Below the pieces are notes generated by a model. The model worked only from the letters and a program-made list of their open reading frames with translations. It was not told the origin of the DNA and ran no database searches. This document shows, one piece after another, positions 62,666 to 64,000 of a DNA stretch of 64,000 nucleotides. Source of the stretch: Octopus sinensis (taxonomy: Eukaryota); contig NC_043002.1 in assembly GCF_006345805.1 (NCBI RefSeq), forward strand, positions 102,424,001 to 102,488,000, written 5' to 3'. Within the stretch, counting starts at the first letter, position 1. Every line of letters starts with the position of its first letter. The translations under genes were made by a program, and so were the position numbers.

Positions 62666-63170
62666 AAGGCGCAAGCTGGCAGAAACGTTAGCACGCCGGG
62701 CGAAATGCTTAGCCGTATTTCGTCTGCCGCTACGTTCTGAGTTCAAATTCCCCCGAAGTCGACTTTGCCATTCATCCTTTCGGGGTCTATAAATTAAGTA
62801 CCAGTTCTGTACAGGGGGCGATCTAATCGATCTCCCCACACCTCAAGGTATTTAGTCTACCTTTACGTTGCTAGTTCAAATTCCGCCGAGGTTGACTTTG
62901 CCTTTCAACCTTCCGGGATCGATAAATTAATTACCAGTTGAGTACTAGGGTCGATCTAATCGACTGGCACTCTCCTCAAAAATTTCGATCCTTGAATCTA
63001 GAGTTGAAAAGCATATTAGCCTTGATGAAAGCTGGCGATCTGGCGGAATTGTCGACACGCTCTGAATTCAAATTCCGCTTAGGTCAACTTTGTCTTTCGT
63101 CTTTTCAGGTGCGATAAAATAAGTACCAGTTGTTTACTGCCATCGATCTAATAGAATTCCTCCCCAAAAC
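62666..63170 (+). mobile_element. Three head-to-tail Meta-like SINE copies
   Basis: GTTCAAATTCC...AAGTACCAGTT motif at about 62740, 62875 and 63065. Confidence 0.8.
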
Positions 63171-63578
63171 TTGTTGGACTTTCACCAAGTTTTGTGGTGA
63201 GCGAGGGTGTCAAAGACAAAGAAACACAGACATACAGATGTTTGAAGTCTGCTATTTATTCTATCGGTTACTTGTGCAAAGATACAGAAATATAAAAAGA
63301 GTAATTCCGGTTGAAAAGTGTTACGGGAAAGGCACAATGGCAACCGCAAACACACACACAAATATACATATATTAGGTTGTTTTAGGTTCAGTTTTAATA
63401 AAACATTTTACGTACCTCTGATGGGTTACTTTCTTCAGTGATAGAGTAGAAATTTATTATTCTTAAGGAAGAATATTGTGGACTGTGATTTTCAAGTGAA
63501 GCCTTCGTCGCACGTTGGCATAACTGACCAAAGTTTCGAAGTCATTGTAAGTGACAGAGTTAAATACTTATACATACG

Positions 63579-63612
<34 letters not shown>

Positions 63613-63702
63613 CACTCACACACACACATTTCTTTCCTTCCCTCAGTGTTTTTTAATACTTTACATGTGTCACGTCCTCACGTTTTTTCTTGCTTTTTCT
63701 GC

Positions 63703-63752
<50 letters not shown>

Positions 63753-64000
63753 GAAAAGCTCCCACAGTTTTTTTTTCCTACCAAACTCCTTCACACAGCA
63801 TTGATGGAACCGGAAATATATTAAAACCGAATTGTGGCTCAATGTGCGATGCAGTAAAACTAAACTGGGTGGCCTAGCAAGCGATCTTCTTTTCTATGCA
63901 GCCATGTCGGCGCCGATATCAAATGATATCATTTATATCATATTCCCGAGATTACAGCAATCAGTTAATAAAATACATTTCAGTTAAGTTTAAGTTAGAA

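Noticed and set aside
3159-63804. Dozens of short Y/I/C/V/H/T-rich ORFs in the ORF track
   Set aside because: Translations of (TA)n, (TG)n and (CA)n microsatellites; no coding signal.

Overview
Eukaryotic, AT-rich, microsatellite-dense DNA made almost entirely of transposon debris. The tRNA-derived SINE families look like those of Octopus; this is my recollection of the families, not a database match. No complete host protein-coding gene, rRNA, true tRNA or CRISPR array is supportable, and most short ORFs in the supplied track are microsatellite or antisense artefacts. Identifiable content: several tRNA-derived SINE types, R4/Dong-like and RTE-clade LINE fragments, four mariner relics, Helentron-type non-autonomous elements, a foldback MITE, two tandem duplications, and an unusual density of Penelope-like elements (PLEs) with hammerhead ribozyme (HHR) motifs. 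The main feature is a 4.9-kb near-palindromic PLE (16611-21527). It has ~1.96-kb inverted arms, each ending in an intact minimal HHR, around a ~1-kb RT core, and sits between (TA)n tracts. Its RT-GIY-YIG protein can be rebuilt from the two arms and carries two long low-complexity insertions. Other leads: a PLE 3' UTR holding a tRNA-like Pol III cassette upstream of an HHR-like motif; a 1.35-kb non-coding foldback with CCGATGA-variant HHR-like cores; an RLE-type LINE with an HHR-like motif in its apparent 3' UTR; and two candidate host-exon regions.
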